A program made the translations under genes and the position numbers. Positions 20,685 through 31,500 of a stretch of 64,000 nucleotides of DNA are shown here, one piece after another; within the stretch, counting starts at the first letter, position 1, and every line of letters starts with the position of its first letter. Source of the DNA: an uncultured bacterium (GTDB lineage: Bacteria; Babelota; Babeliae; Babelales; Babelaceae); the NCBI GenBank assembly GCA_963848965.1, contig CAWKFG010000004.1, positions 736,001 through 800,000 on the forward strand, written 5' to 3'. The notes beneath the pieces were generated by a model that saw only the letters and a program-made list of their open reading frames with translations, made no database searches and was not told the DNA's origin.

Positions 20685-20934
20685 ATTTTTAAAAAAGCTA
20701 TATATCAGCCTTCCTCCTTCGCTCAAGATCTTCCCGCATACGCTCATAAGCTATTAACCTTCGCCAAAGGCTATGGCTAACATAGCAGCGGACATAAAGC
20801 TAAATTGGTATAAAGCTATAAGCTCCATTACAGTCTAGCGTATCTATTGTTATGAACTTGAAATATACTAATGTTAAATAATTTGATATACTAACAAAAA
20901 TATATTAAATAACTATTAAATTTCCTGGAAACAT

Positions 20935-22335
20935 ATGAAAGTATATATTTTCTTTTCTCTTTTAACACTTTTTAGCCAACTGCTTTGTAGTGAAGGTATA
21001 GAAGTAAGTACGCATCACCATCCTTACTCTCCTAAAGATATACAAAAACTCTTAAGTACGCTTACTGCTGACCCAAAGCATCTTTTAAGTGAGATAGGCT
21101 TTCAAGTAGAACATATACTTGAGGAAAAAATTGATAAGCTACCATTGAGTTTTTTTATAGACAGGCTACCTGATTGGCTCTGCAAGCGGAGTAACACATT
21201 AAAAGCACAATGTGAGCGCAAAACAAAATTACAAAGGCTCTTAAAAGGACCTCAAGAAGCAGGTAATCCAGCACGATTTCTTTATGAGGGGTATACACGA
21301 GCTCATATACTTGCAAAAGTACTTTCATGCAACCCAAGGCTCATTCAAAAAGTTCTTGGTAAGCCATTCGAATTTGATCCACCTACTACAGAAGCAGAAC
21401 TTGCTCAAGCATTTGATATACTAGCTCTTTATAATGATAAAGACCTTCCATTCTTTGCACAGTTATCCTATAGTGATTACAAGCTTTTGAAAGACTATTT
21501 TAGCGATAATACTTTCCTTACTTTCATTCATACAGTAAGAGAATGTATTGGATGCCCTCTTTCTCGACTTGATAAACCTGCTGCAAGAAAGTATTTTGAA
21601 GATGAGGTCGTAACATATACTCAACAAACTTTTACAGATAAAAAGCAAAAAATCACTCTAACCGATTTTGGATGCGGAGAGCTTTTCCAAACAACGGTAC
21701 TTCTTTCAAAAATTCTCAACCAAGGATATCACCATATACGTATTAATCTTATAGACACTGAGTATGCAAAGACTCTACACGTATACCGACATCTCAAGAA
21801 AAAGTTTTCGATCTCATCCTCTATAGCGCTAGACGATTGTACAGCTGAGTTTATACATGAATGGGTAATGGAATGCCTCAAAAAGCAAACTTCTCGTATA
21901 GAACTTATAAAAGATATAAGAGAAATGGTTTTTTCTATAGCATACCACCATATCTTTACTTCTTTTTGTCAATGGTTTAAGGCTCTTGGAAAAGAAGTAG
22001 AAGTAGTCCTTTATGAGCATGTAGATGATTATGTAAAAGATTGCCAATCTTTTACAAATCTTAAGAGTAATATTATCATAAGTTGCGATGCAAGCTCTAT
22101 ATTACTGCAACCCAATTTTGACCTCTTGCACAAGCAGATACTCATGAACTCAGGCATGATCTTTAATATAATCCAATCTGAAGGCGATATCTATTTTGCT
22201 AAGGGATCTCAAGAGGTATATGGTCGCGAACGCTTCCAATTCAATCAAGTATGTAATACTTTCGAATTGCCATCAGCTCTTTCAATTTCTAACGTAGCAC
22301 TTACACTCTTAGATAGCTTTTTATTACTCTCATAA
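20935..22335 (+). CDS. Exported hypothetical protein, possible SAM-methyltransferase-like fold
   Basis: Signal peptide; motif-I-like ITLTDFGCGE followed by INLID. Confidence 0.55.
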   Translation: MKVYIFFSLLTLFSQLLCSEGIEVSTHHHPYSPKDIQKLLSTLTADPKHLLSEIGFQVEHILEEKIDKLPLSFFIDRLPDWLCKRSNTLKAQCERKTKLQRLLKGPQEAGNPARFLYEGYTRAHILAKVLSCNPRLIQKVLGKPFEFDPPTTEAELAQAFDILALYNDKDLPFFAQLSYSDYKLLKDYFSDNTFLTFIHTVRECIGCPLSRLDKPAARKYFEDEVVTYTQQTFTDKKQKITLTDFGCGELFQTTVLLSKILNQGYHHIRINLIDTEYAKTLHVYRHLKKKFSISSSIALDDCTAEFIHEWVMECLKKQTSRIELIKDIREMVFSIAYHHIFTSFCQWFKALGKEVEVVLYEHVDDYVKDCQSFTNLKSNIIISCDASSILLQPNFDLLHKQILMNSGMIFNIIQSEGDIYFAKGSQEVYGRERFQFNQVCNTFELPSALSISNVALTLLDSFLLLS

Positions 22336-22343
22336 AGACATTT

Positions 22344-22368
22344 CACAAGAGCCAAATAGGCTCTTGTG
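22344..22368. terminator. Hairpin between convergent genes
   Basis: CACAAGAGCC/GGCTCTTGTG 10-bp stem. Confidence 0.65.
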
Positions 22369-22415
22369 CTAATAATTTTTACAAGAAAAAGTGCATAGAA
22401 AGCCAATAAGCTTAA

Positions 22416-24092
22416 TTAAGGAATGAGCTGTGCTTTAAGCAACGTTTGCTTGCCTTTAAACGCTATACCAAGAGCATATATATGCTGTATCCTACGTTTT
22501 CTAAGCTCTTGTGTATAATTCTTCTCTATTATTTGCTCTAAAGCTTTTTGAGCTGCACTTTCTAATGTTTCTTGCTGAAAGGAGGAAGCCTTCTTAAACT
22601 CTATGATATAACCCGGTCTAATTCTTTCTTTAGGAATAAGCATAATATCATATCTTCCATAACCACTTTCTTTATTAGACGAAACTTCATAATCATCACT
22701 AAAGCTTACAAGAAGTCCTAAAACAAAAAGGTGATAGCTCCGTTCCGGTTCAGTATCAGGAATATCAAACATACTCATGCTATTTACCACAAACTCCTGC
22801 AAGAGCTCCGCTATCCTATTAATGTTACTAGTCTTGAGGGCATCTAAAAGCACTTGGACACGAGCAGCAGGTAAAGACTGATCAAAAATCTCTTGAATAA
22901 GGTGTTTATAGAGTAACTTTATTTCTTTATTGGGCAATATAAGCGCACAGATGTCCTTCCCTTCTTTTATTTCATGAGAGTTATAAGTTACATAGCCAGT
23001 CCACAAAAGGAGGCTCCACAATGCTGTAGAACTGTGATCTAAATGAGGGAAAACAAGTCTTTCATCAATCTCTTTGGTAACTTGAGTTCCTGTAAGTAGT
23101 AATTCTAATTCTACTTTTACTTCTTGCGTTGAATGTGCAATAAGTCTTTTTACCAAGTAATTATTACTTGTGTTAGCCCAATAAGCTTTCAGAATTCCTC
23201 TTGTTCTTACACATTCAAGAACAGACCATGGATTATAAAGTACTGCACCATTGGCACTGTATCCATTGTACCACATCTTTATATTTTCTTCTTCTTGTAA
23301 AAGCTCCTGCTCTATAAGGAGCTCATGAACTTCATTAGGTGTAAAACCAAATTTATCACAAAAGTTTTTATCAAGCAGCGTAAAAACATTAAGATTATTA
23401 AGTCCTGAAAATATACCTTCTTTTGCTATACGCAAAATACCTGTTAAAATACCTTTCTCAAGATAAGGACTATCTTTTAACACTGCTGTTAACAGCTCCT
23501 GCATGAAGTTGACAAGCTCTTTATAATATCCATGTGCATATGCTGTATGAATAGGTGCATCATATTCATCTATGAGAACCATCACCCGCTGGTTATAGTA
23601 ACGATTAAGAAGCTTACTTAAAAAAAATAAACTACGCCCAAAATCAACAACACTTCCTGTTCTATAAAGGATTGCTTCATAGTCTCTCTGCTCATATTCA
23701 GGCAATTGTGGTAAGACAAATTCAGCATGCCGAGCAAATTCTTCAGCAATAATCGAAATAATATACTCATACGCTTGATTCCAATTATCTGCCTTAATAC
23801 CCTTAAATGTTAAAAATATAATTGGATAAAGCCCTTGTAATGATCTATACTTTGCACGTTCCCAAATATGAGTACCATGAAAAAGATATGAATTGCTTGT
23901 AGATGTAGATTCAAAAAAATATTTAAGCATAGAAAGGTTAAGTGTTTTTCCAAATCTTCTTGGACGAGGAATAAGAATGACATCGCTTGAAAAACCAAGT
24001 AATTCGTCTATAAAAGAAGTCTTATCAACGTAATAGTAATTACCTTCTATAATCTTCTTAAAATCACTAATACCAAGAGGAAGCAGTTTCAT
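22416..24092 (-). CDS. AAA-ATPase-like protein with PD-(D/E)XK nuclease domain, paralog of 10196-11866
   Basis: LPLGISDF, PRPRRFGKTLNLSML, LIDEYD, SNKESGYGRYDI..IIEFK; start reassigned to the ATG at 24092 (GGAG RBS). Confidence 0.88.
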   Translation of the reverse strand: MKLLPLGISDFKKIIEGNYYYVDKTSFIDELLGFSSDVILIPRPRRFGKTLNLSMLKYFFESTSTSNSYLFHGTHIWERAKYRSLQGLYPIIFLTFKGIKADNWNQAYEYIISIIAEEFARHAEFVLPQLPEYEQRDYEAILYRTGSVVDFGRSLFFLSKLLNRYYNQRVMVLIDEYDAPIHTAYAHGYYKELVNFMQELLTAVLKDSPYLEKGILTGILRIAKEGIFSGLNNLNVFTLLDKNFCDKFGFTPNEVHELLIEQELLQEEENIKMWYNGYSANGAVLYNPWSVLECVRTRGILKAYWANTSNNYLVKRLIAHSTQEVKVELELLLTGTQVTKEIDERLVFPHLDHSSTALWSLLLWTGYVTYNSHEIKEGKDICALILPNKEIKLLYKHLIQEIFDQSLPAARVQVLLDALKTSNINRIAELLQEFVVNSMSMFDIPDTEPERSYHLFVLGLLVSFSDDYEVSSNKESGYGRYDIMLIPKERIRPGYIIEFKKASSFQQETLESAAQKALEQIIEKNYTQELRKRRIQHIYALGIAFKGKQTLLKAQLIP

Positions 24093-24333
24093 CAATTCTC
24101 CGCCAAATAGCACAATAAGATCTTATCTTAAGTATGGCACAAGTATGCAAAAAATGAAGTATACTTCTCTATAACCCTTCTGCTATACTAATTATTATTC
24201 ATACATTGCCTTTTAAATTTATTTTAATTTTTTAATTAATAGTAGCACTAAATAAAAAGTAATGTCAACGATTCTTTCCCTGGGATTAAGACAGCAATAG
24301 AGCAAGTTCCTTTTTCTTTATTAAAAGACGCTC

Positions 24334-26124
24334 TCAATCTATAGATTCTAAAAAGATACGTCCTTTTCTACATTCTTTGCTGAGTAAAGCTCGTTGTAAA
24401 TAGCCTTCTTGTGCTTTATCAACAGCTGTTTTTTCTTCATTATCCTTAAGATATATATCTGCTCCTGCATCTATAAGCATATCTATACATTCTATATGCC
24501 TGTGCTTTATTGCATACATAAGCGCTGTATTACCTTGTGCATCTTGCTTATTTATATCTACTTTTAAAGTTATAAGCTTTTCTAGCACTTCTTTGTGACC
24601 TGCAGTTGCTGCATACATGAGTAATGTTTTCCCTTTTTCATCTACAATAGTATCAATAGCATTCTTTAATCTTGTTACTGCTTGCTGTAAGCATACATAC
24701 TTATGTTCTTGCCAATCCTTTCTTTGGCACTCTTGTGAACAGTATTTTACTTTCCTGCAAAGAGAACATTTATAGAACTTCTTTTTATCTTGCTTACACG
24801 TATAGCAGCACCCTATCTTTCTTTGCTCTTCTTTTACAGCTAGTATCTGTTGTGTATTTTGTGCTTTTTGGATAAGAAGAGTTACTATTTCTTTATGATT
24901 TTTCTTTACTGCATATATTATGGCAGTCAAGCCATTTTTATCTTGCGCATTACTATCTGCGCCTGCAGTTAAAAGTTTCTCTACGATTTCTTTATAGCCA
25001 TTACCTGCAGCAATCATTAAAGCAGTAACATTAGCATTTGTTTTAGTATTAGGAGCAGCATTACAAGCTAAAAGCAATTCTACTATATTTTTATAATTAT
25101 TTGCAGCAGCATACATTAAAGCAGTCCAACCATTATCAGTTTGAGCATTAATATCCGCTTTGTGTGCTAAAAGGATTTTCATTATTTCATTACAACCATT
25201 TTGGGCAGCAAAGAGCACAGGAGTCCACCCATTATTACTTTGAGCATTAACATCTGCTCCTGCATTTATAAGTATTTCTACTATCTTCTTGTGTTTCCAA
25301 TCTACAGCCAACATTAAGGGAGTCCCATGATTATGAGCCTTAGCATTACTATCGGCACCATGATTTATAAGTAATTGTACTATTTCTTCATGTCCTATTT
25401 CTGTAACCCAATGTAAGGCTGTATTACCATTATTATCTTGAGCAGTAACATCAGCACCGTGAGCTAAAAGCACCTCTACTACTTTCTTATGCCCTCCCTT
25501 TGAAGCTATAATTAAGGCAGTCCTTCTGAGTCTATCTTGAGTATCAATAAGAGCACCAGCTTGCAAAAGCATTTCTACTATTTCTTCATATCCACTGAGT
25601 GCAGCAAATAGCAGTGCAGTACCATCATCACTTTTAATATTAGTATCAGCGTTATAAGATAAAAGTATTTCTACGATTTCTTTATGACCGGCAAGTACAG
25701 CACATAGTAAGGCGGTACAATTTTTATAATTTCTAGCATTAATGTCAGCTCCTGCAGCTAACAACATTCTTACTATTTCTACATCTCCATACTGAGCAGC
25801 AATCATCAAAGGCGTCCACCCGCTCTTACTCTTAGCATTGACACAAGCATTGTGAGCTAAAAGTGCTAATATTGCTGACTTATGCCTTTTAATTACAGTA
25901 ATCATTAAAGCAGTTCTATCATCACCACCAGTGCGCGCATCAACAGCAACCCCTTTCTTTAAAAGCTTTTTGAGCTGCCCTACATTTCCCTCTTCACTAG
26001 CAATAAAAAATTTAGAAGTTAACGATACATGTTCAGCAGCCATGGGACCACTTTTCTCTTTTTGCATAGCTAAGGATGTAAAGGACACAAGAATGCTTAG
26101 TAAAAGTAATTTTCTATAATTCAT
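24334..26124 (-). CDS. Exported ankyrin-repeat protein with inserted MYND zinc finger
   Basis: About 11 N-terminal ankyrin repeats, then CYTC...KCSLCRKVKYCSQECQRKDWQEHKYVC, then further ankyrin repeats; start at MNYRK. Confidence 0.9.
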   Translation of the reverse strand: MNYRKLLLLSILVSFTSLAMQKEKSGPMAAEHVSLTSKFFIASEEGNVGQLKKLLKKGVAVDARTGGDDRTALMITVIKRHKSAILALLAHNACVNAKSKSGWTPLMIAAQYGDVEIVRMLLAAGADINARNYKNCTALLCAVLAGHKEIVEILLSYNADTNIKSDDGTALLFAALSGYEEIVEMLLQAGALIDTQDRLRRTALIIASKGGHKKVVEVLLAHGADVTAQDNNGNTALHWVTEIGHEEIVQLLINHGADSNAKAHNHGTPLMLAVDWKHKKIVEILINAGADVNAQSNNGWTPVLFAAQNGCNEIMKILLAHKADINAQTDNGWTALMYAAANNYKNIVELLLACNAAPNTKTNANVTALMIAAGNGYKEIVEKLLTAGADSNAQDKNGLTAIIYAVKKNHKEIVTLLIQKAQNTQQILAVKEEQRKIGCCYTCKQDKKKFYKCSLCRKVKYCSQECQRKDWQEHKYVCLQQAVTRLKNAIDTIVDEKGKTLLMYAATAGHKEVLEKLITLKVDINKQDAQGNTALMYAIKHRHIECIDMLIDAGADIYLKDNEEKTAVDKAQEGYLQRALLSKECRKGRIFLESID

Positions 26125-26331
26125 TTTATTAACTTTACTAGTAAGAACGAACAATTAAACTATATATTTGCTAATAGTATATAAGATGATGATTTTTTGT
26201 AAACAAACTTTATTTTTTTGTAGATCTACCGCGTTCTCTATTCCTTGAGAGATAATTTCTTGTCCATTTCCATTCTTCTAATTTTTGAGTACACTAATGG
26301 TGCACATAATCTTTCATTAAGGAATACACAC

Positions 26332-27300
26332 ATGAACGAAAATGATATGCTTGCACAAGAAAGCACTCGCTTTCAAAAATTAACCGAAGAAGTAAGTAAA
26401 GTTATTGTAGGTCAACAAGAAACGATTACCTTTATGCTTCTTGGTATTCTTTGCCAAGGACACATTCTATTGGAAGGTGTTCCCGGAGTTGCTAAAACTA
26501 CTATGATTAAAGCGCTTACAAAGGCCATGAATCTAAGCTTTAAGCGTATTCAATTTACTCCGGACTTGTTGCCTTCAGACCTTATTGGTACTCTTATTTA
26601 CAACCCTAAAACGCAAGAGTTTGAAACGAAACAAGGCCCTATTTTTGCTAATCTTATTTTAGCAGATGAAATTAACCGAGCTCCTGCAAAAGTACAATCT
26701 GCTCTTTTAGAAGCTATGCAAGAACAACAAGTTACCATAGGATCAACAACGTTCAAACTTGATAAACCATTCTTAGTCTTTGCAACACAAAATCCCCTTG
26801 AGCAAGAAGGTACCTATCGATTGCCAGAAGCGCAAGTAGATCGCTTTATGTTCAAATTGCTTATTGGATACCCTACTATGGCTCAAGAGAAAGAGATTAT
26901 CGAAAAGTCTCATAATATTGATACTATCGAGCCAGTACTTTCAAAAGAGGATATTTTTGCAGCACAAGACCTTGTAGCAAAAGTGTACTGTGACCAAAAA
27001 ATTATTGATTATATCGTATCCTTAGTATTTGCTACCAGAACTCCTGAGCTTTTTAAGTTACAAGAGATAAAAAAATATATAGCATATGGCGTTTCTCCAC
27101 GTGCAACGCTTGCACTATACGCAGCTTCGCGTGCTTATGCATTTTTAAAAAAGCGTCCGTTTATTACACCAGATGATGTAAAAGCAGTGGCGCTACCTAT
27201 ACTACGTCACCGCCTTGTACTATCATATGAAGCAGAAGCTGAGGGAATAAGCGCAGATACTATTATTAACAAAATAATAGCAACAGTACCAACACCGTAA
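26332..27300 (+). CDS. moxR: MoxR-family AAA+ ATPase
   Basis: HILLEGVPGVAKT, RIQFTPDLLPSD, LADEINRAPAKVQSALLEAMQE, ATQNPLEQEGTYRLPEAQVDRF; start reassigned to MNEND (AAGGA RBS). Confidence 0.93.
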   Translation: MNENDMLAQESTRFQKLTEEVSKVIVGQQETITFMLLGILCQGHILLEGVPGVAKTTMIKALTKAMNLSFKRIQFTPDLLPSDLIGTLIYNPKTQEFETKQGPIFANLILADEINRAPAKVQSALLEAMQEQQVTIGSTTFKLDKPFLVFATQNPLEQEGTYRLPEAQVDRFMFKLLIGYPTMAQEKEIIEKSHNIDTIEPVLSKEDIFAAQDLVAKVYCDQKIIDYIVSLVFATRTPELFKLQEIKKYIAYGVSPRATLALYAASRAYAFLKKRPFITPDDVKAVALPILRHRLVLSYEAEAEGISADTIINKIIATVPTP

Positions 27301-27386
27301 ATTTCAGAAATCCATAAGTTGATCTTGACAAAATCTTATGAAGAGGAGAGTATTGTGTCATGTTTCTGACCACAAAAAGGAAGTAA

Positions 27387-28514
27387 ATGAGAAGCCCCTT
27401 ATGGATTTTAAATAGTATATTTTTGATCCTTGTACTTACCATAGTAGGATATATTATGTATTCCTGGAGAGCGGTTACCGAGGTTCCACCACGAGTTCCT
27501 TTAAAAACTGGAGCTCCTTCTGAGCCTACCAGACGAGAAGGCGTAAAACCAAAAGATATACAATTTATTTATTCAGAAGGAGATCTCTTTTCAACGTATC
27601 AACCGGTTATTATTCCTCCAAAACCACTAGAGACTCTTCCGGTGCTTCCTCCGCCTCCTCCTAATAAACCGGTAGTATCACAACCAAAACCTACTATACA
27701 ATTTTTAGATCCTTTACCAATTAAAATTACTGGTATCATAGCTTCTACCAATGAGGCAAAGTCACAGGTAACTATAGTAAACACGAATACAAAGAAAACA
27801 GAGTCCTATCGTGTTGGCGATAAAATCTTTGATGCTTATGTAGTACGAATATTCCCTAAAAAAGTTATGCTCATCAGATCAAATGGCCAACAAGAAACAT
27901 TGTATATGTATCCAGCAGATGCTCAAGCTGATATAAAAGCATTACAAGAATCTTCATGGGCTGATGTCATTCAAAAACAGTCAGATACATCGTACTTGGT
28001 AAATCCAAAGGCATTTATCTCGCGCATTGGCAATCTTGCACAGCTTATTGAAATGCTTGACCTTACAAGTGCATTCAGGCGTGGTGAAAGTATTGGATGC
28101 CGTGTTGGCAAAATGGACACTAAATCAATAGGATATGCACTAGGATTCTTGCCAGGAGATATTGTTACAAACATCAATAGTATAATACCAAGCACTACTA
28201 CAAATCGTATAAAGATTTATAATGCACTTTCTGAACTTGATCTTGGAGCACAAGTAAAAGTTCAAATACTGAGAAAAGGGCGCACAATTACTCATGAATA
28301 TACCCTCTTTGCTGTAGGTCAACCTACAGAAACACCACAAGCAAGCACTCTTACTGCTGATGCAGAAGAAGTAAAAGCAAAATACTATAAGAACCTTCAG
28401 GAGAAATATAAGCATACAGCTGATATTCAACAGCTTAAAAGACATGAAAAATTTGCAATGGAACACTATGGAAGTAGACAAGCGGTTCTTAAACGAGTAC
28501 CACTTACAAGTTAG
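27387..28514 (+). CDS. gspC: Type II secretion GspC-like protein (TM, HR domain, PDZ)
   Basis: N-terminal TM, Pro-rich linker, IKITGII...YRVGDKI..VVRI...VMLI.NGQ.ETL, PDZ-like GFLPGDIVTNIN; lies upstream of a secretin. Confidence 0.8.
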   Translation: MRSPLWILNSIFLILVLTIVGYIMYSWRAVTEVPPRVPLKTGAPSEPTRREGVKPKDIQFIYSEGDLFSTYQPVIIPPKPLETLPVLPPPPPNKPVVSQPKPTIQFLDPLPIKITGIIASTNEAKSQVTIVNTNTKKTESYRVGDKIFDAYVVRIFPKKVMLIRSNGQQETLYMYPADAQADIKALQESSWADVIQKQSDTSYLVNPKAFISRIGNLAQLIEMLDLTSAFRRGESIGCRVGKMDTKSIGYALGFLPGDIVTNINSIIPSTTTNRIKIYNALSELDLGAQVKVQILRKGRTITHEYTLFAVGQPTETPQASTLTADAEEVKAKYYKNLQEKYKHTADIQQLKRHEKFAMEHYGSRQAVLKRVPLTS

Positions 28515-28525
28515 ATAGTAGTATT

Positions 28526-31500
28526 ATGAAAACAAACAAAAAAAGCATATTTTTAGTTTTACTTGCACCCTTTTTAAGTGCTGGTTTCTTATTAAGAGCT
28601 CAGGCTCCTGATGCACGGAAAAAGCAAGCACAAGCAGCTCAAACTGCTGCTGCAGTAAAAAAGCAGCAAGCAACGGCTCCTGCAGCTCCTCAACCATCTG
28701 CACCAGCTCCTAGTACAACAGTAACTACAACAGTTACTCAACCAGCAAAGCCTCCTACAGCACCAACAACTACTGCTGTTACAACCACACAAACTGCAGC
28801 CACAGCACCCACCCCCGCTGACACTAAAACTAAAGCTGCAACAGATGGAACATCAACAGTTACTACTACACAGGTTACTACTGATACAACTCCTACCGAT
28901 GCTAAAGCTAAAGCAGCAGATGAAGCTCCAGCAGTTACTACAACCACACAAATTACTGCTACAACACCTGCAGACAAAGCAAAAATAGACGCTGCAACTG
29001 CAGCAACACCTGTAGCTGTTACAACTACACAAACTGTAGATACAGCTTCTACAGATAAAGCAAAAGCAGATGCTGCAGCTTTAGGAGCACCTCCAGCAGA
29101 GGCACTACCTGTACCTTCAGTACCCCCTACAGAAGCAGTACCTCCAGTAAGCACTGCTCTAGAGCCAGTTACCGGTCCAACAGCTCCTGTGACAGCGACA
29201 GCACAAACAGTAACTGTGCCACTAGTAGTGCCTGCAGCTCCAATTTCTGCTGCAGAACTAGCTACCGTTCCACCCATAGCTCCTGCTCCTGTGATAACAC
29301 CAACACAAGCAGTAACTGTTCCACCAGTAGTGCCTGCAGCTCCAATCCCTGCTGCAGAGCCAGCTGTTGTACCGCCAGCTCCTGCTCCTGTAATAATACC
29401 AACTCAAGCAGCACAAGCTCCAGCAGAAAAAGTAAAAGCAGAAATTGCTGCTCTACCAGCACCAGTTCCAGCAGGCCCTAGAACTCCTGTTACTATCACT
29501 CCAAAAGAAGCAGAAACTGGTATCACTCCTGTACGACGTAGAGCAGGAAGAAGACGACGGCCTGCAATAAGCATCATTGACACACCTAAAACTCCAGAAG
29601 AGAAAAGGGTTATAGAGCAAGCACTTGCAGTTCCTGAAACTGGGATTATTGAAGAACAAAAAAAAGAAGCTGATGTTTCTTTAAAAAAATTAAAGGCAGC
29701 AGGAGAAGTATTTCTTTCTCAATATACTGCTCCCTGGCAAGGATTTGATACACAAGAAACCGTCGAAATGAATTTTGAAAATAAAGAACTCAGCGCTCTT
29801 CTTAAATTTTTAGAAGACAATCTTAATATAACCTTCATTCTCGACGACTATATAGAACCTCAAAGAGTTGATGGTACTCAACCTTTAGCAGGTACTAAAA
29901 TATCATTTAGATCAAATGTTCCTCTTACTTTACGGCAAGTATGGGAACTGGGTACCACCTTCCTTGAAATGGCAGGATTTTCAATAATTCCAACAACATT
30001 ACCGCGCACTTATCGTGTAACTCTCAGTGCTTCTAAAGATAAACCTTCTGCTAACAGAGAACCATTACCAACATTCATAGGCACTCAGCCTGACATTCTT
30101 CCTGATAGTGACCTTAAAATTAGGTACGTCTATTTTGCTGAAAATGCAGAATTAACGACTATAAGTCAAATTGTAGAAGCACTCAAAAGTGGCTCTGCAG
30201 GACCTCTTATAGAGTTTCCACAGCTACGCGCTGTTATGATAACTGATAAATCTGCAAATATTAAATCTCTTGTCCAAATATTACAAGAAATTGATCGTGT
30301 AACATTGCCAGAAACTCTTGCAATTATCAGACTTAAGCATACTGATGCCCGAAATGTTCGAGAGCTTTATTATAAGCTTATTGGTAAGGACCCACAAAAT
30401 CCTGTATTTAATCCTTTTGGACGGCAACGTAAGCTAACAACCACACAATATTTTAGTGAAGCTACACGAGTATTTGAAGAGCCACGAACCAACTCGCTTA
30501 TTGTACTTGGTACTCGAGAAAATATTAAACGTTTTGAAGATTTTGTTGTAAAACAAATAGACCGGACACTTGATCTTCCATTCTCACCGCTTCATATTAT
30601 TCAGCTACGGTATATTGATGCTGCTTCAATAGCAAAAATTCTTAATGATGTTATTCAGAAGTTCAATGCAGATCCTGCTAACGCAGCAGCTGCTGCAGTT
30701 GGTGGCGTACGAGACTTTAACAAATTCTTTAGACCAAGCGTACGTATTACTGAAGAGCCAAGTGGAAATAGACTTATTATTAATGCCGATTATGATGAAT
30801 ATCTTAAATTGCGCAAAATCATAGAAGATCTTGATGTTGAACAACCACAAGTAGCAATCAAAGTACTTATCTTAAACGTCGATTTAACTGATGATAAAGA
30901 GTTTGGAACACAGTTACGCAATAGTATTCAATGTTGTGATGGTACTGGCGGTACAACAAGTATCCTTGGTCCAAATATCAACTTCCAGTCAGCACAGTTA
31001 GGACCTGTTATTACCCGTGATACTGCAGGTACTCCACCGCAACCAGTCAACGGAGCAGAGCGGCTTTTAGGTAACCTCATTAATCTTGCAAGTAGTTCGC
31101 AGATAGGAAGTACCCTTGTTACTCTTGGAAAAGATATCTTTGGTTTCTGGGGCCTCTTTAGAGCTCTTGAACGATTGACACGTGTAAGTGTTGTTGCTAA
31201 TCCATTCTTGGTAACAACACATAAGTACAAAGCCGAAGTTAAAGTTGGTGAAATTCGACGGGTAGAAACTGCAATTGTACAAGGACAAACGGCAACAGAA
31301 GCAACTGGTGATTTAGAAGCTAGTCTTCGTGTTGTTATCACTCCACAGATTAGCTATGATGATATGGTAACCCTCACTATTTACATAGAGTTAAGCCAAT
31401 TCTCTGGAGAAGATCTTGGTCTTGGGCCAACACGATTTGTAAGAAAAGTAAGTACAGAAGCACTTCTTGCTAATCGTGAAGTGCTTGCAGTAGGCGGTCT

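Larger units (their letters stand above)
18028..20720 (+). repeat. 29-bp direct repeat pair (18028-18056 and 20692-20720)
   Basis: AAAAAGCTATATATCAGCCTTCCTCCTTC occurs identically at both positions. Confidence 0.9.

Noticed and set aside
28592..29659. Antisense ORFs over the secretin N-terminus
   Set aside because: Shadow frames of low-complexity Thr/Ala/Pro codons.
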